NCBI GenBank assembly: GCA_015064685.1
Contig: SVRT01000007.1
Location: 5,361 to 69,360 of the forward strand
DNA from: Oscillospiraceae bacterium
Lineage (GTDB): Bacteria > Bacillota > Clostridia > Oscillospirales > CAG-272
Direction: 5' to 3'
DNA: 64,000 bases
Shown: one piece after another, positions 7,912 to 17,061 of the stretch
Layout of the letters: each line of letters starts with the position of its first letter
Numbering within the stretch: the first letter of the stretch is position 1
Made by a program: the position numbers and the translations under genes
Notes under the pieces: generated by a model
Databases searched by the model: none
Seen by the model: the letters and a program-made list of their open reading frames with translations, nothing else
What the model was told of the DNA's origin: nothing

Positions 7912-8721
7912 ATGACGAACATATATATTCTTGAAAAAATCGTTCGAAACGCGGGAAAAATAATGCTTGGTGTTGACGGCGTTGATGCTGATGGAGATAT
8001 TTGCGCAAAGTCCGGAGATGCCAATTACGTGACCGTATTTGATGTTAAGGTGCAGAATTATCTTATCGGCGAGATAAAAAAGGTATTTCCCGATGCGGTT
8101 TTTCTGGCAGAGGAGCAGGATAATGATCCCTCGGTTTTGCAGGGTGATCATTGCTTTATCATAGATCCTATTGACGGAACCACGAACTTCATCAGAAATT
8201 ACAAGCAGAGCTCTATTTCGGTCGCTATGTTTTCAGGGGGAAAGGCAGTATTAGGAATCGTGTATAATCCGTATCTTGATGAGCTTTTTTCTGCGACGGA
8301 AGGCAACGGCGCTTTTTTGAACGGAGAAAGGATATTCGTTTCTGAAAAATCACTTTCAGAGGCGGTGATAGGATTTGGATCGTCGCCGTATTACAAGGAG
8401 GAGCTTGGCAGAAAGACGTTTGACAGCTTATTTTCAATTTTTATGCGTTGCGCCGACGTCAGAAGGACAGGATCGGCGGCAATTGATCTTGCCAACGTTG
8501 CGGCAGGTAGAATTGACGGATTTTTTGAAATGAGGCTCTCTCCGTGGGACATTGCCGCAGGATATATTCTCATAAAGGAAGCTGGTGGAGTGATCACTGA
8601 TTTATATGGTAAGGATATGGATTTATCAGCACAATCATCCGTGGTGGCCGGTTCCTTGAAGGTGCACGGAGCACTACTATCATGCCTTAAACAACACCGT
8701 AATCGGTGGTCGTGGCTTTGA
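7912..8721 (+). CDS. inositol monophosphatase family protein (SuhB-like)
   Basis: 269 aa. FLAEEQ, IIDPIDGTTNF and WDIAAG motifs diagnostic of the IMPase family. Confidence 0.85.
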   Translation: MTNIYILEKIVRNAGKIMLGVDGVDADGDICAKSGDANYVTVFDVKVQNYLIGEIKKVFPDAVFLAEEQDNDPSVLQGDHCFIIDPIDGTTNFIRNYKQSSISVAMFSGGKAVLGIVYNPYLDELFSATEGNGAFLNGERIFVSEKSLSEAVIGFGSSPYYKEELGRKTFDSLFSIFMRCADVRRTGSAAIDLANVAAGRIDGFFEMRLSPWDIAAGYILIKEAGGVITDLYGKDMDLSAQSSVVAGSLKVHGALLSCLKQHRNRWSWL

Positions 8722-8753
8722 GAGTACACGGCGCATTACTATCATTACATAAC

Positions 8754-8792
8754 AAAAAATTGCTTTCCCATGTGGGAAAGCAATTTTTGTTT
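8754..8792. terminator. bidirectional intrinsic terminator between the IMPase gene (+) and the acyl-CoA synthetase gene (-)
   Basis: AAAAAA-TTGCTTTCCC-ATGT-GGGAAAGCAA-TTTTTGTTTTT. Confidence 0.75.
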
Positions 8793-10508
8793 TTATTTGA
8801 CGAGCTGTCTCTTGATCTTCTTCGTAGTAGTCTTTTCGAACTCGGTCTTTCTGATCTCGACAGCCTTGAGCTGCTTATAGGTGGGGAGCTTCTTGTTTAC
8901 GAGGTTGACTGCCTTCTTGATTGTTTCGTATACAGTGTCGTCATCAACGTCGGCGGGGAACTTAGAGTAGTCGGGATATGCTACGAGAGTAAGCACGACC
9001 TCGTCGGTCTCTTCGTTCTTTCTGCCGATTACACAGCACTCGCTGATGGTTTCGATGGTATCGAGATATTCTTCGATCTCCTCGGGGAACACGTTCTTTC
9101 CGTTTTCAAGCACGATAACGAATTTGATGCGTCCTGTGATATAAACGTACTTGTCGTTATCGAGGTAACCTACGTCACCTGTGCGGAACCAACCGTCCTC
9201 GGTAAATACAGTGGCGTTTGCCTCGGGATTATTATAGTAGCCGAGCATTACGTTATCCCCCTTGACCTGGATCTCTCCGAGATCGTAGCCCTCCTCGGTC
9301 TTCTCACCGTTAGGATCGATCCTTATCTCACAGCAGGGAACGCTGGGGCCTATCGTACCGAGCTTTCTCTTCGTATAAGGTGTAACAGCAACGAGAGGTG
9401 AGCACTCGGTAATACCGAAGCCCTCGTATATCGAAATACCCATATCCTCGAATGCGACGATAAGCTCGGGATTGAGCTTTGCTCCACCGCAAATTATATG
9501 ATCAAGTCTTCCGCCAAAGGAATCAATGACCGTCTTGAAAAGCTTCTTTCTTACGTCGATGCCTACTGCGCGGAGAGCCTTGGAGAGCTTAAGACCGGTT
9601 TTGAGAGTCTTTGCTCTGCCGGTTCTTTCAGCCTCGGACCAAATGCGCTTATAAATCGTATTTACAAACATAGGAACGAGAACGAGTCCCGTAGGCTTGA
9701 AGAGTGCGAAGTTCTTCATAACGTGACGGAGTGAATCATTGATGCCGATCTCCATACCGAGAGACATACCCGAAAGGAGGCACATAAGCTCATAGGTGTG
9801 GTGAACGGGAAGGACGGACACGATTGTATCCTCCTTTGTAAAGTAAACGGTATCAACTGCGGAGCTTACTGCAGCAAAAATATTCTTCTGAGAGAGCATA
9901 ACGCACTTACTTGTACCCGTTGTTCCGGATGTGAAGAGCATCTCACACATCTCTTCGGTATTTTCATGCTGCTTTACCTTGAATCCGTTATCGATCTCTG
10001 TCTGTCCCATTTCAACGAGAGAGGAAAAGGGAAGGATCTTGTCAGACACGATCTTTTCGTCGGGAGTTACTGGAATAAAGTGCTTGAGAGTGGGGTGAGA
10101 CTCCATAGTGGTCACGAACTTCTCGTTGAATCCCTTGGAGTAAACAATAGCCTCAGCCTCTACGATCGTCAAGAACTTTTCGATTTCGGGGAGAGCAAGC
10201 TCCTTATCCATAGGAACGATGATAGTTCCTGCAGCAAGTGCGCCTACGTAGGTTGCAAGCCACTGGGGAGAGGTGTCTCCAATAACGGCGGCACGCTTTC
10301 CGACGAGACCCATCTTAGTGAACGCTGCGGCTACGCGGCACGCGGTATCGTGAAACTCGATGTAGGACATTTCCTTGAGTTTATTGCTTTCGAAATACTT
10401 GTATACGATCTTATCGCCGTGTGATGCGATATAAGAAAGAAGATCGTTTACGTTGTTTACCTTCGGGGAAGGTCTTGTAAGGGGCTTTCTGTTAGGTAGC
10501 TGATTCAT
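8793..10508 (-). CDS. AMP-dependent long-chain acyl-CoA synthetase/ligase (FadD-like)
   Basis: AMP-binding signature LFTSGTTGTSKCVMLSQKN, plus YGITE-like GFGITE and TGD blocks. Start set at ATG 10508 (MNQLPN), 7 nt after AAGGAGA; ATG 10514 is an alternative. Confidence 0.85.
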   Translation of the reverse strand: MNQLPNRKPLTRPSPKVNNVNDLLSYIASHGDKIVYKYFESNKLKEMSYIEFHDTACRVAAAFTKMGLVGKRAAVIGDTSPQWLATYVGALAAGTIIVPMDKELALPEIEKFLTIVEAEAIVYSKGFNEKFVTTMESHPTLKHFIPVTPDEKIVSDKILPFSSLVEMGQTEIDNGFKVKQHENTEEMCEMLFTSGTTGTSKCVMLSQKNIFAAVSSAVDTVYFTKEDTIVSVLPVHHTYELMCLLSGMSLGMEIGINDSLRHVMKNFALFKPTGLVLVPMFVNTIYKRIWSEAERTGRAKTLKTGLKLSKALRAVGIDVRKKLFKTVIDSFGGRLDHIICGGAKLNPELIVAFEDMGISIYEGFGITECSPLVAVTPYTKRKLGTIGPSVPCCEIRIDPNGEKTEEGYDLGEIQVKGDNVMLGYYNNPEANATVFTEDGWFRTGDVGYLDNDKYVYITGRIKFVIVLENGKNVFPEEIEEYLDTIETISECCVIGRKNEETDEVVLTLVAYPDYSKFPADVDDDTVYETIKKAVNLVNKKLPTYKQLKAVEIRKTEFEKTTTKKIKRQLVK

Positions 10509-10592
10509 AATCATTCTCCTTAAATATAGCCTACAAGGCTGTTTTTGTTTTTTCGACACGAATGTGTTCGGGTGTGCAAATTTTTACATTTT

Positions 10593-10631
10593 ATTATAAC
10601 ATATAGACCGTTGATTTGTCAACAAATCAAC
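10593..10631 (-). promoter_or_regulatory. promoter of the acyl-CoA synthetase gene with an overlapping 10-2-10 palindromic operator candidate
   Basis: On the minus strand, TTGACA (10623-10618) and TATAAT (10598-10593) are 19 nt apart. The inverted repeat GTTGATTTGT-CA-ACAAATCAAC (10610-10631) covers the -35 box. Confidence 0.45.
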
Positions 10632-10695
10632 ATCTCGTTAATATTTTATTTACATTTGCGGTTTTTCGGGCGAAAAATAATTTTGCTAAAAGTCA

Positions 10696-10724
10696 TTTAC
10701 AAAAAGAGGAAAATGTGGTATAAT
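10696..10724 (+). promoter_or_regulatory. sigma-A-type promoter (extended -10) for the pseudouridine synthase gene
   Basis: TTTACA (10696-10701), 17-nt spacer, TGgTATAAT (10716-10724). Confidence 0.55.
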
Positions 10725-10758
10725 ACCCGTATATTATACTGAACGGAAGTTGTTAAAA

Positions 10759-11490
10759 ATGCGTCTTGACAAATTTATTGTTGAATCGGGGCTTGCGACA
10801 AGAACCGAGATCGCCAAGGCGGCGAAAAACGGTGCTATCACGGTTAACGGTGAAATTGTGCGTCGTCCGAGTGGGCATATCGACCCGGTTTGTGATGTTA
10901 TAACTTTTTGCGGAAAAAAGGTGATATACCGCGAATTCACCTATATTATGCTCAATAAGCCGGAGGGATATGTGAGCGCGAGGAGTGACGATCTCTCTCC
11001 GACCGTGATTGAGCTTCTTCCTCCCGAGCTTCAGCGTATTGGACTTTTTCCTTGCGGAAGACTTGACAAAAACACGCTTGGGCTTATGTTGCTTACAAAC
11101 AACGGTCCACTTTCGCACAAGCTCCTGTCTCCGAAAAATCACGTTGATAAAAAGTATTATTTCGAGGTGAAATTTCCGATAAGTGTCGATGACGTAAAAT
11201 CGCTTGAGTCGGGAGTTGACATCGGAGGATATATGACCGCGCCGTGCAAGGTGGAGATGCTCGATGAAAAGCACGGACACATCACCCTGACCGAGGGCAA
11301 GTACCATCAGATAAAGCTTATGGCAGAGGCGGTACACAATCAGATAACATTTCTTGAGAGGGTGACCTTCGGGCCTATTCTGCTTGACCGCTCGCTTGAG
11401 CGAGGAGAATGGCGTTATCTGACGAATGAAGAAGAAGAATTACTCGAGGCACGCGGAGTAGCAGCCTCGGGAAGCAATAATCAGAAATAA
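10759..11490 (+). CDS. pseudouridine synthase, RsuA/RluB family (S4 domain + catalytic domain)
   Basis: MRLDKFIVESGLATRTEIAKAAKNGAITVNGE is an S4 domain. The catalytic motif GRLDKNTLGLMLLTNNG is present. ATG 10759 lies 9 nt after GGAAG. Confidence 0.85.
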   Translation: MRLDKFIVESGLATRTEIAKAAKNGAITVNGEIVRRPSGHIDPVCDVITFCGKKVIYREFTYIMLNKPEGYVSARSDDLSPTVIELLPPELQRIGLFPCGRLDKNTLGLMLLTNNGPLSHKLLSPKNHVDKKYYFEVKFPISVDDVKSLESGVDIGGYMTAPCKVEMLDEKHGHITLTEGKYHQIKLMAEAVHNQITFLERVTFGPILLDRSLERGEWRYLTNEEEELLEARGVAASGSNNQK

Positions 11491-11506
11491 GGCAAAAGAG
11501 GTACAA

Positions 11507-13660
11507 ATGGATATTATCAAAACACTTTCAGAGGAATTCAAGCTTAAGGAAGAGCAGGTCGCGAAGACAGTTGAGATGATCGACAACGGCGACACGATAC
11601 CATTCATCGCACGATACAGAAAAGAGGTAACGGGAAGTCTTGACGACGCTATCCTTCGTGATCTCAACGACAGACTTGAGTATCTTCGTAACATAGAAAA
11701 GAGAAAGGAAGAGGTCAAGTCTCTCATCGAAGCGCAGGGTAAGCTTACCCCTGAGATCGAGCAGGCTATCCTCAATGCAAAGACCATAACCGAGGTGGAT
11801 GATATCTACCGCCCATTCAGACCTAAGAGAAAGACCCGCGCGTCTGTCGCGAGAGAGCGCGGACTTGAGCCTCTCGCGATTCTTATTATGGAGCAGAGGA
11901 TCAAATATGAGCCTTTGATCGAGGAGGAGGCTGAGGCATTCGTTGATGCCGAAAAAGACGTTCCCGACGTTGCTGCGGCATTAGCTGGTGCTTGTGATAT
12001 TATCGCGGAGGATATTTCGGATAACGCAGAGTACAGAAAGGCTCTCCGTTCTCTCACATTCGATCACGGTATGCTTAACGTAGTCAAGGCTAAGGATGAG
12101 GATTCGGTTTACGCACAGTATTATGAGTATAGCGAGCCTCTCAACAAGGTTCCGGGACACAGAGTTCTTGCCATCAACAGAGGAGAGAAGGAGGAGTACC
12201 TCAAGGTATCTGTCGATATCTCGTCGGATATCGTGCTCAATTATCTACATAATTGCGTTGTTACAGAGCCGACGAGCCCTGCTTATAAGTACGTGTCCGC
12301 CGCTGTCGTTGACGGTTATGAGCGTCTGATCGCGCCTTCTATCGAGCGCGAGATCAGAAACGATATTTTTGACAACGCTTCAGAGGGAGCTATAAAGGTC
12401 TTTTCCGACAATCTTGGTCATTTGCTTATGCAGTCTCCCCTTAAGGGCAAGACCGTGCTTGGATTTGATCCCGGTTACGTGAACGGATGCAAGCTTGCGG
12501 TAGTTGACAAGACGGGCAAGGTCCTTGATACTGCGGTCATTTATCCCACAAAGCCAAAGCAGAGAACCGAGGAGGCGACGAGAATTGTCAAGGGTCTTAT
12601 CAAGCGACATCACGTTGACGTTATCGCGATCGGTAACGGAACGGCATCTAAGGAGAGCGAGATCTTCATCGCTAATCTTCTCAAGGAGATTCCCGAGGCG
12701 AATTGCAAGTACATCGTTGTCAGTGAGGCGGGAGCTTCGATTTATTCCGCGTCCAAGCTTGCGACGGAGGAATTTCCAGAGTTTGACGTTATGCAGAGAT
12801 CTGCCGTGTCCATCGCGCGCAGACTCCAGGATCCTTTGGCTGAGCTTGTTAAGATAGATCCCAAGTCTATCGGTGTCGGTCAGTATCAGCACGATATGAA
12901 GCCCGCGAGACTTGACGGAGCATTGACCGGTGTCGTTGAGGACTGTGTTAACTCGGTCGGCGTTGACGTTAATACCGCGTCATATTCGCTTCTTTCTTAT
13001 ATATCGGGAATTAATACGACTAGCGCGAAGAACATAGTAAAGTACCGTGAGGAGAACGGAGAATTTACTTCAAGAAGTCAGATAAAGAAGGTTCCGAGGA
13101 TCGGAGACAAGGCATACGAGCAGTGTGCAGGCTTCCTTAGAGTTCCGAATTCAAAGGAGATCCTCGACAATACGGGCGTTCATCCCGAGTCGTACGCGGC
13201 TGCCAAGGCTCTTCTCGAAATGTTTGGATACTCACTTGAAGACGCAAAGCAAGGACAGCTCAAGAACCTGAGAAATGACGTAAATAAAAAGGGAACAAAG
13301 AACGTATGCGAAGCCATCGGAATCGGAGAGCCCACGCTTATAGACATTATTAGCGAGCTTGAAAAGCCCGGACGTGATGTACGTGACTCCTTTGCGCCTC
13401 CCATCCTTCGAGATGATATCCTCGATATGGCGGACCTTAAGCCCGATATGGAGCTTACGGGAACTGTCAGAAACGTTATTGATTTTGGTGCGTTTGTTGA
13501 TATAGGCGTTCATCAGGACGGGCTTGTTCACATATCCCAGATCTGCAACAGATATATCAAACACCCGTCGGAGGTTCTATCCGTCGGTGATATTGTTAAG
13601 GTTAAGGTTTTGGCGGTAGACGTGAAGAAAAAGAGAATTTCTCTCACTATGAAGCTTTAA
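11507..13660 (+). CDS. tex: Tex-like transcription accessory protein (S1 RNA-binding domain protein)
   Basis: 717 aa. Tex N-terminal block IPFIARYRKE, YqgF/RNaseH-like centre (VLGFDPGYVNGCKLAVVD), HhH region, C-terminal S1 domain (GTVRNVIDFGAFVDIG...GDIVKVKVLAVD). Confidence 0.9.
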   Translation: MDIIKTLSEEFKLKEEQVAKTVEMIDNGDTIPFIARYRKEVTGSLDDAILRDLNDRLEYLRNIEKRKEEVKSLIEAQGKLTPEIEQAILNAKTITEVDDIYRPFRPKRKTRASVARERGLEPLAILIMEQRIKYEPLIEEEAEAFVDAEKDVPDVAAALAGACDIIAEDISDNAEYRKALRSLTFDHGMLNVVKAKDEDSVYAQYYEYSEPLNKVPGHRVLAINRGEKEEYLKVSVDISSDIVLNYLHNCVVTEPTSPAYKYVSAAVVDGYERLIAPSIEREIRNDIFDNASEGAIKVFSDNLGHLLMQSPLKGKTVLGFDPGYVNGCKLAVVDKTGKVLDTAVIYPTKPKQRTEEATRIVKGLIKRHHVDVIAIGNGTASKESEIFIANLLKEIPEANCKYIVVSEAGASIYSASKLATEEFPEFDVMQRSAVSIARRLQDPLAELVKIDPKSIGVGQYQHDMKPARLDGALTGVVEDCVNSVGVDVNTASYSLLSYISGINTTSAKNIVKYREENGEFTSRSQIKKVPRIGDKAYEQCAGFLRVPNSKEILDNTGVHPESYAAAKALLEMFGYSLEDAKQGQLKNLRNDVNKKGTKNVCEAIGIGEPTLIDIISELEKPGRDVRDSFAPPILRDDILDMADLKPDMELTGTVRNVIDFGAFVDIGVHQDGLVHISQICNRYIKHPSEVLSVGDIVKVKVLAVDVKKKRISLTMKL

Positions 13661-13856
13661 TAAATTAAAAAAACGAGGCTGATTTTTTATGCGTATTTTG
13701 ATGTATGTATTATCTGTTGTGTAAATTGCACAAATTTGTTACATCAACTTTGGTGAATAATGCTCTTTAATTTTCTGCTTTTTTTTGGTAAAATTATAAT
13801 GTTAAAAAATGGCGGGGTTTTTGCTCGCAACAATGATTCAGGAGGAATAAAACAGT

Positions 13857-14969
13857 ATGGCAAGCTTGTCTCTCAGACATATTTATAAGAAGTATCCCGG
13901 TGGTGTTACCGCGGTTTCCGACTTCAACCTTGAAATCAAGGACAAGGAATTTATAGTTCTCGTAGGACCTTCCGGATGCGGAAAGTCAACAACTCTTCGT
14001 ATGATCGCGGGTCTCGAGGAAATATCCGAGGGTGAGCTTTTCATAGGCGACCGTCTCGTAAATGACGTTGCTCCTAAGGACAGAAAGATCGCGATGGTTT
14101 TCCAGAACTACGCTCTTTATCCTCATATGACCGTTTCCGAGAACATGGCGTTCGGTCTTAAGCTCAACAAGACTCCTAAGGAGGAGATCAAGAGACGAGT
14201 TGAAGAGGCTGCAAGAATCCTTGACATCACACACCTTCTTGACAGAAAGCCGAAGGCTCTCTCCGGAGGTCAGAAGCAGCGTGTTGCGCTCGGTCGTGCT
14301 ATCGTTCGTAACCCCATGGTATTCCTTCTTGACGAGCCGCTTTCCAACCTCGATGCTAAGCTCCGTGCAACGATGAGAACCGAGCTTACAAAGCTTCACC
14401 AGAGAGTTGAGACAACGTTCGTATACGTTACTCACGACCAGGTAGAGGCTATGACAATGGCGTCCAGAATCGTTGTTATGAAGGACGGTCTTATCCAGCA
14501 GGTTGATACTCCTCAGAAGCTTTACGATTACCCCGTAAATATGTTCGTTGCAGGATTTATCGGAACTCCTCAGATGAACTTTATCAACGGTACGCTCGCT
14601 AAGAACGGCGACGACGTATACTTCGAGTTTGAGGGCAACTCCATTAAAGTTCCCGCAGACAAGGCAACAGCTCCCGAGCTTCAGGATTACATCGGACAGG
14701 AAGTAGTTGTAGGTATCCGTCCTGAAAGTATTCATGACCAGCCCGCACAGATCTCCGCTCTTGAGGATAGCACTGTTGATGCGTATGTTGAAGTTACCGA
14801 GCTTATGGGTGCCGAGATCTATCTCTATCTCGTTATCGGTGAGACAAAGCTTACTGCTCGTGTATCTGCAAGATCTACTTCTCGCGCAGGTGACACTATC
14901 AAGATCGCTCTTGATACTGCAAGAATGCACATCTTTGACAAGGACACCGAAAAGTGCATCGTTCACTAA
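13857..14969 (+). CDS. sugar ABC transporter ATP-binding protein (MsmK/MalK/UgpC type), encoded without cognate permease genes
   Basis: 370 aa. Walker A GPSGCGKST, Q-loop, signature LSGGQKQR, Walker B FLLDEP, and a C-terminal MalK-like regulatory (TOBE) domain. Confidence 0.9.
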   Translation: MASLSLRHIYKKYPGGVTAVSDFNLEIKDKEFIVLVGPSGCGKSTTLRMIAGLEEISEGELFIGDRLVNDVAPKDRKIAMVFQNYALYPHMTVSENMAFGLKLNKTPKEEIKRRVEEAARILDITHLLDRKPKALSGGQKQRVALGRAIVRNPMVFLLDEPLSNLDAKLRATMRTELTKLHQRVETTFVYVTHDQVEAMTMASRIVVMKDGLIQQVDTPQKLYDYPVNMFVAGFIGTPQMNFINGTLAKNGDDVYFEFEGNSIKVPADKATAPELQDYIGQEVVVGIRPESIHDQPAQISALEDSTVDAYVEVTELMGAEIYLYLVIGETKLTARVSARSTSRAGDTIKIALDTARMHIFDKDTEKCIVH

Positions 14970-14985
14970 TTCGGTAGAATATTTA

Positions 14986-15021
14986 ATATCGGAGTCTATA
15001 AAAGGCTCCGATATTTTTTTG
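14986..15021 (+). terminator. intrinsic terminator after the ABC ATPase gene
   Basis: ATATCGGAG...CTCCGATAT stem followed by TTTTTTT. Confidence 0.7.
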
Positions 15022-15093
15022 TTTTCTATTGCATTTTTTCTTTTTTTGTGATATAATGCAAAAGTAAATTGAATTTACCCCTTGGAGAAGGAT

Positions 15094-15999
15094 ATGAATA
15101 TTGGGAAAAAGATAAAAAATATCAGAACCGAAAAGCTGATGACGCAAAGTGAGCTTGCAGGTGACGTTATCACGAGAAATATGTTAAGCCAAATTGAAAA
15201 CGGAAGCGCACAACCGTCCTTGTCTACTGTAAAATATCTTGCGGGCAAGCTTGGTGTGCCGGCAGGATATTTGCTTTCCGAAGGCGATGAGGAATTCGTT
15301 TATAACAAGACGCGAGTTATGAGAAACATAAAAAAGGCGTATTCGGATAAAAGCTTTGAAATTTGTCGAGAGATGTGCTTGTCATCCTTCGACGAATTTG
15401 ACGATGAGCTTGAGCTAATTCTCACTGACTGCTGTATAGGCGAGGCTGAAGAGCTTATTCGTGAAGGAAAGCTGAAAGCCGCCTGCGAGCTTTTAGACGA
15501 GGGCTTGTCGCACGCGAATAACACGATCTATTCGACCGTCACACAGATAAATCGCGCATATATAATGTTTCATTTGTTGAAGTCGATTTCTCCGGCTCTT
15601 GATTCGGACATTATCGATACCGAGATAAGTGCGGATATGCTACACCCATCACTTTTCGGAGACGTGTTCTGTAAATATATAACGGTAGTTTTCGGCTCGG
15701 AAAATTATATAGAAGCAGATAGCATGACACATAATCTCAGTAAAGAATTGTCTGATTATGACAAGCTTTTTGTTGCCCACATCAGGGCAAGAGCGTATAT
15801 TGCATCTGGAGAATACAAGAAGGCATCAATGGTGTTGCGTTCGATAATCGACGGTGATACTGTTCCTCAGCGGCTTCTTTTATATATATGCTGTGAGGAT
15901 ATGGAAAAATGCTGCAAGGAAATGGAGGACTATAAGGGAGCGTACGAATTCTCCAATAACAAGATGGAGATACTTGAGCATATGCTTATGGATATGTGA
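15094..15999 (+). CDS. XRE-family helix-turn-helix regulator with a long helical (TPR-like) C-terminal domain
   Basis: N-terminal IKNIRTEKLMTQSELAGDVITRNMLSQIENG is an HTH_XRE domain. A ~230-aa alpha-helical repeat-like region follows. ATG 15094 follows GGAGAAGG. Confidence 0.8.
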   Translation: MNIGKKIKNIRTEKLMTQSELAGDVITRNMLSQIENGSAQPSLSTVKYLAGKLGVPAGYLLSEGDEEFVYNKTRVMRNIKKAYSDKSFEICREMCLSSFDEFDDELELILTDCCIGEAEELIREGKLKAACELLDEGLSHANNTIYSTVTQINRAYIMFHLLKSISPALDSDIIDTEISADMLHPSLFGDVFCKYITVVFGSENYIEADSMTHNLSKELSDYDKLFVAHIRARAYIASGEYKKASMVLRSIIDGDTVPQRLLLYICCEDMEKCCKEMEDYKGAYEFSNNKMEILEHMLMDM

Positions 16000-16012
16000 C
16001 CCGAGACTGACT

Positions 16013-16435
16013 ATGAAGAGAATTATCATTGGTTTTATATCTGCTTTTTTACTGTTATCCGTTATCCTGTCTTTGTCATCGTGCGATTTCGACGAGTCAG
16101 AAAAGAATTTCTCGGGAGGAGAGCTTCTTGATAGGGAAAGACTGTCCGAAATCAAGGGAGAGCTTTCAGAAAGCGAAAAGGAAAGTGCGCCGGAAGAGCG
16201 TGAGACTGAATCCGAAAGGATCGAATCAAACACCGAAACCGAAGCTGAGGCCACCACCAAGGCTGATGAATCCGACATTAAAACGGAAACGGTGTATTGG
16301 ACGGAAGGAGGTTCCGTATGGCACCTGACTCCCCAATGCTCGCGCCTGAGCAAGAGTAAAGAAATTATCAGCGGAACCGTAAGTGAAGCAAAGGAAGCGA
16401 AAAAGGAACGGGTTTGTTCATTCTGTGGTAAATAA
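16013..16435 (+). CDS. secreted acidic lipoprotein with a C-terminal Cys-containing (C-x17-CxxC) domain
   Basis: MKRIIIGFISAFLLLSVILSLSSC is a signal peptide plus lipobox (LSSC). An E/S/T-rich low-complexity linker follows. The C-terminus is VYWTEGGSVWHLTPQCSRL...GTVSEAKEAKKERVCSFCGK. The longer 193-aa ORF overlaps the upstream gene and is rejected. Confidence 0.7.
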   Translation: MKRIIIGFISAFLLLSVILSLSSCDFDESEKNFSGGELLDRERLSEIKGELSESEKESAPEERETESERIESNTETEAEATTKADESDIKTETVYWTEGGSVWHLTPQCSRLSKSKEIISGTVSEAKEAKKERVCSFCGK

Positions 16436-16521
16436 TAAGAGAACAAACTTGTAATTTTGGACAAAATATAGTAAATTCCAACAAAAATTCAAATAAAAAT
16501 AAAATTTATCTTCCAATTCCA

Positions 16522-16550
16522 TTGACAAATTTAAAAAAATATGATATAAT
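16522..16550 (+). promoter_or_regulatory. sigma-A-type promoter (consensus -35, extended -10) for mgsA
   Basis: TTGACA (16522-16527), 17-nt spacer, TGaTATAAT (16542-16550). Confidence 0.6.
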
Positions 16551-16627
16551 ACTTGCATCATCAAGTTAGGATGAGAACTTTTTTTATTTTGGTGATATTC
16601 TGAAGTTTAAAATGGAGGAATGGCGAA

Positions 16628-17056
16628 TTGGAAATAGCAATCATAGCACATGACGTTAAGAAGGAATTGATAACTCAGTTTTGTATTGCTTATTGTGGAA
16701 TCCTCAGTAAGCACAATATCTGCGCGACCGGAATAACCGCTAAGTATATATCCGAGGCGACCGGACTCAAGATCGAAAAGCTCCTCAGCGGAGAGCAGGG
16801 TGGAGAGGAACAAATCGCGTCCAGAATAGAATACAACGAGATAGATATTCTGATCTATTTCAGAGACACTCGGCCGACCGGCGGGTTCTCTCAGCACGAC
16901 GAAATTGAGAAAAAGCTTCTTTTGGCGTGCGATAGATATAATGTGCCCGTTGCAACCAATATCGCGACTGCCGAGGTCATTATTATGGCGCTTGACAGAG
17001 GAGATCTTGACTGGCGCGAGCTTGTAAATCCCAAGTCTGTGTACAACAGAAAATAA
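16628..17056 (+). CDS. mgsA: methylglyoxal synthase
   Basis: 142 aa. (M)EIAIIAHDVKK...ATGITAKYI...SGEQGGEEQIAS...IDILIYFRD matches the MgsA fold pattern. TTG start 9 nt after GGAGG; there is no in-frame ATG upstream. Confidence 0.8.
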   Translation: MEIAIIAHDVKKELITQFCIAYCGILSKHNICATGITAKYISEATGLKIEKLLSGEQGGEEQIASRIEYNEIDILIYFRDTRPTGGFSQHDEIEKKLLLACDRYNVPVATNIATAEVIIMALDRGDLDWRELVNPKSVYNRK

Positions 17057-17061
17057 CGTAA

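Noticed and set aside
8706-9401. 231-aa plus-strand ORF (LV-rich, MVVALRVHGALLS...) opposite the acyl-CoA synthetase gene
   Set aside because: It lies entirely antisense to a well-supported AMP-binding enzyme CDS. Its composition is typical of a shadow frame, and it has no RBS or recognisable motif.
10545-10742. 65-aa ORF in the fadD/rsuA intergenic region
   Set aside because: It has no RBS, is AT-rich with hydrophobic/basic junk composition, and the region is better explained by two divergent promoters. The same applies to 4030-4242, 3816-4073 and 49684-49875.
13986-14966. 326-aa minus-strand ORF antisense to the ABC ATPase gene
   Set aside because: This is a shadow ORF of a strongly conserved Walker A/B gene. 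The same reasoning applies to 10753-11337, 12380-12892, 22340-22936, 45089-45862, 46133-46717, 47011-47754, 48081-49088, 59734-60531 and 61402-62049.
16551-16600. Short hairpin ACTTG-CATCAT-CAAGT and T-run in the mgsA 5' leader as an attenuator or riboswitch
   Set aside because: The stem is only 5 bp and separated from the T-run by ~15 nt. No known riboswitch motif was recognised, so support is insufficient.
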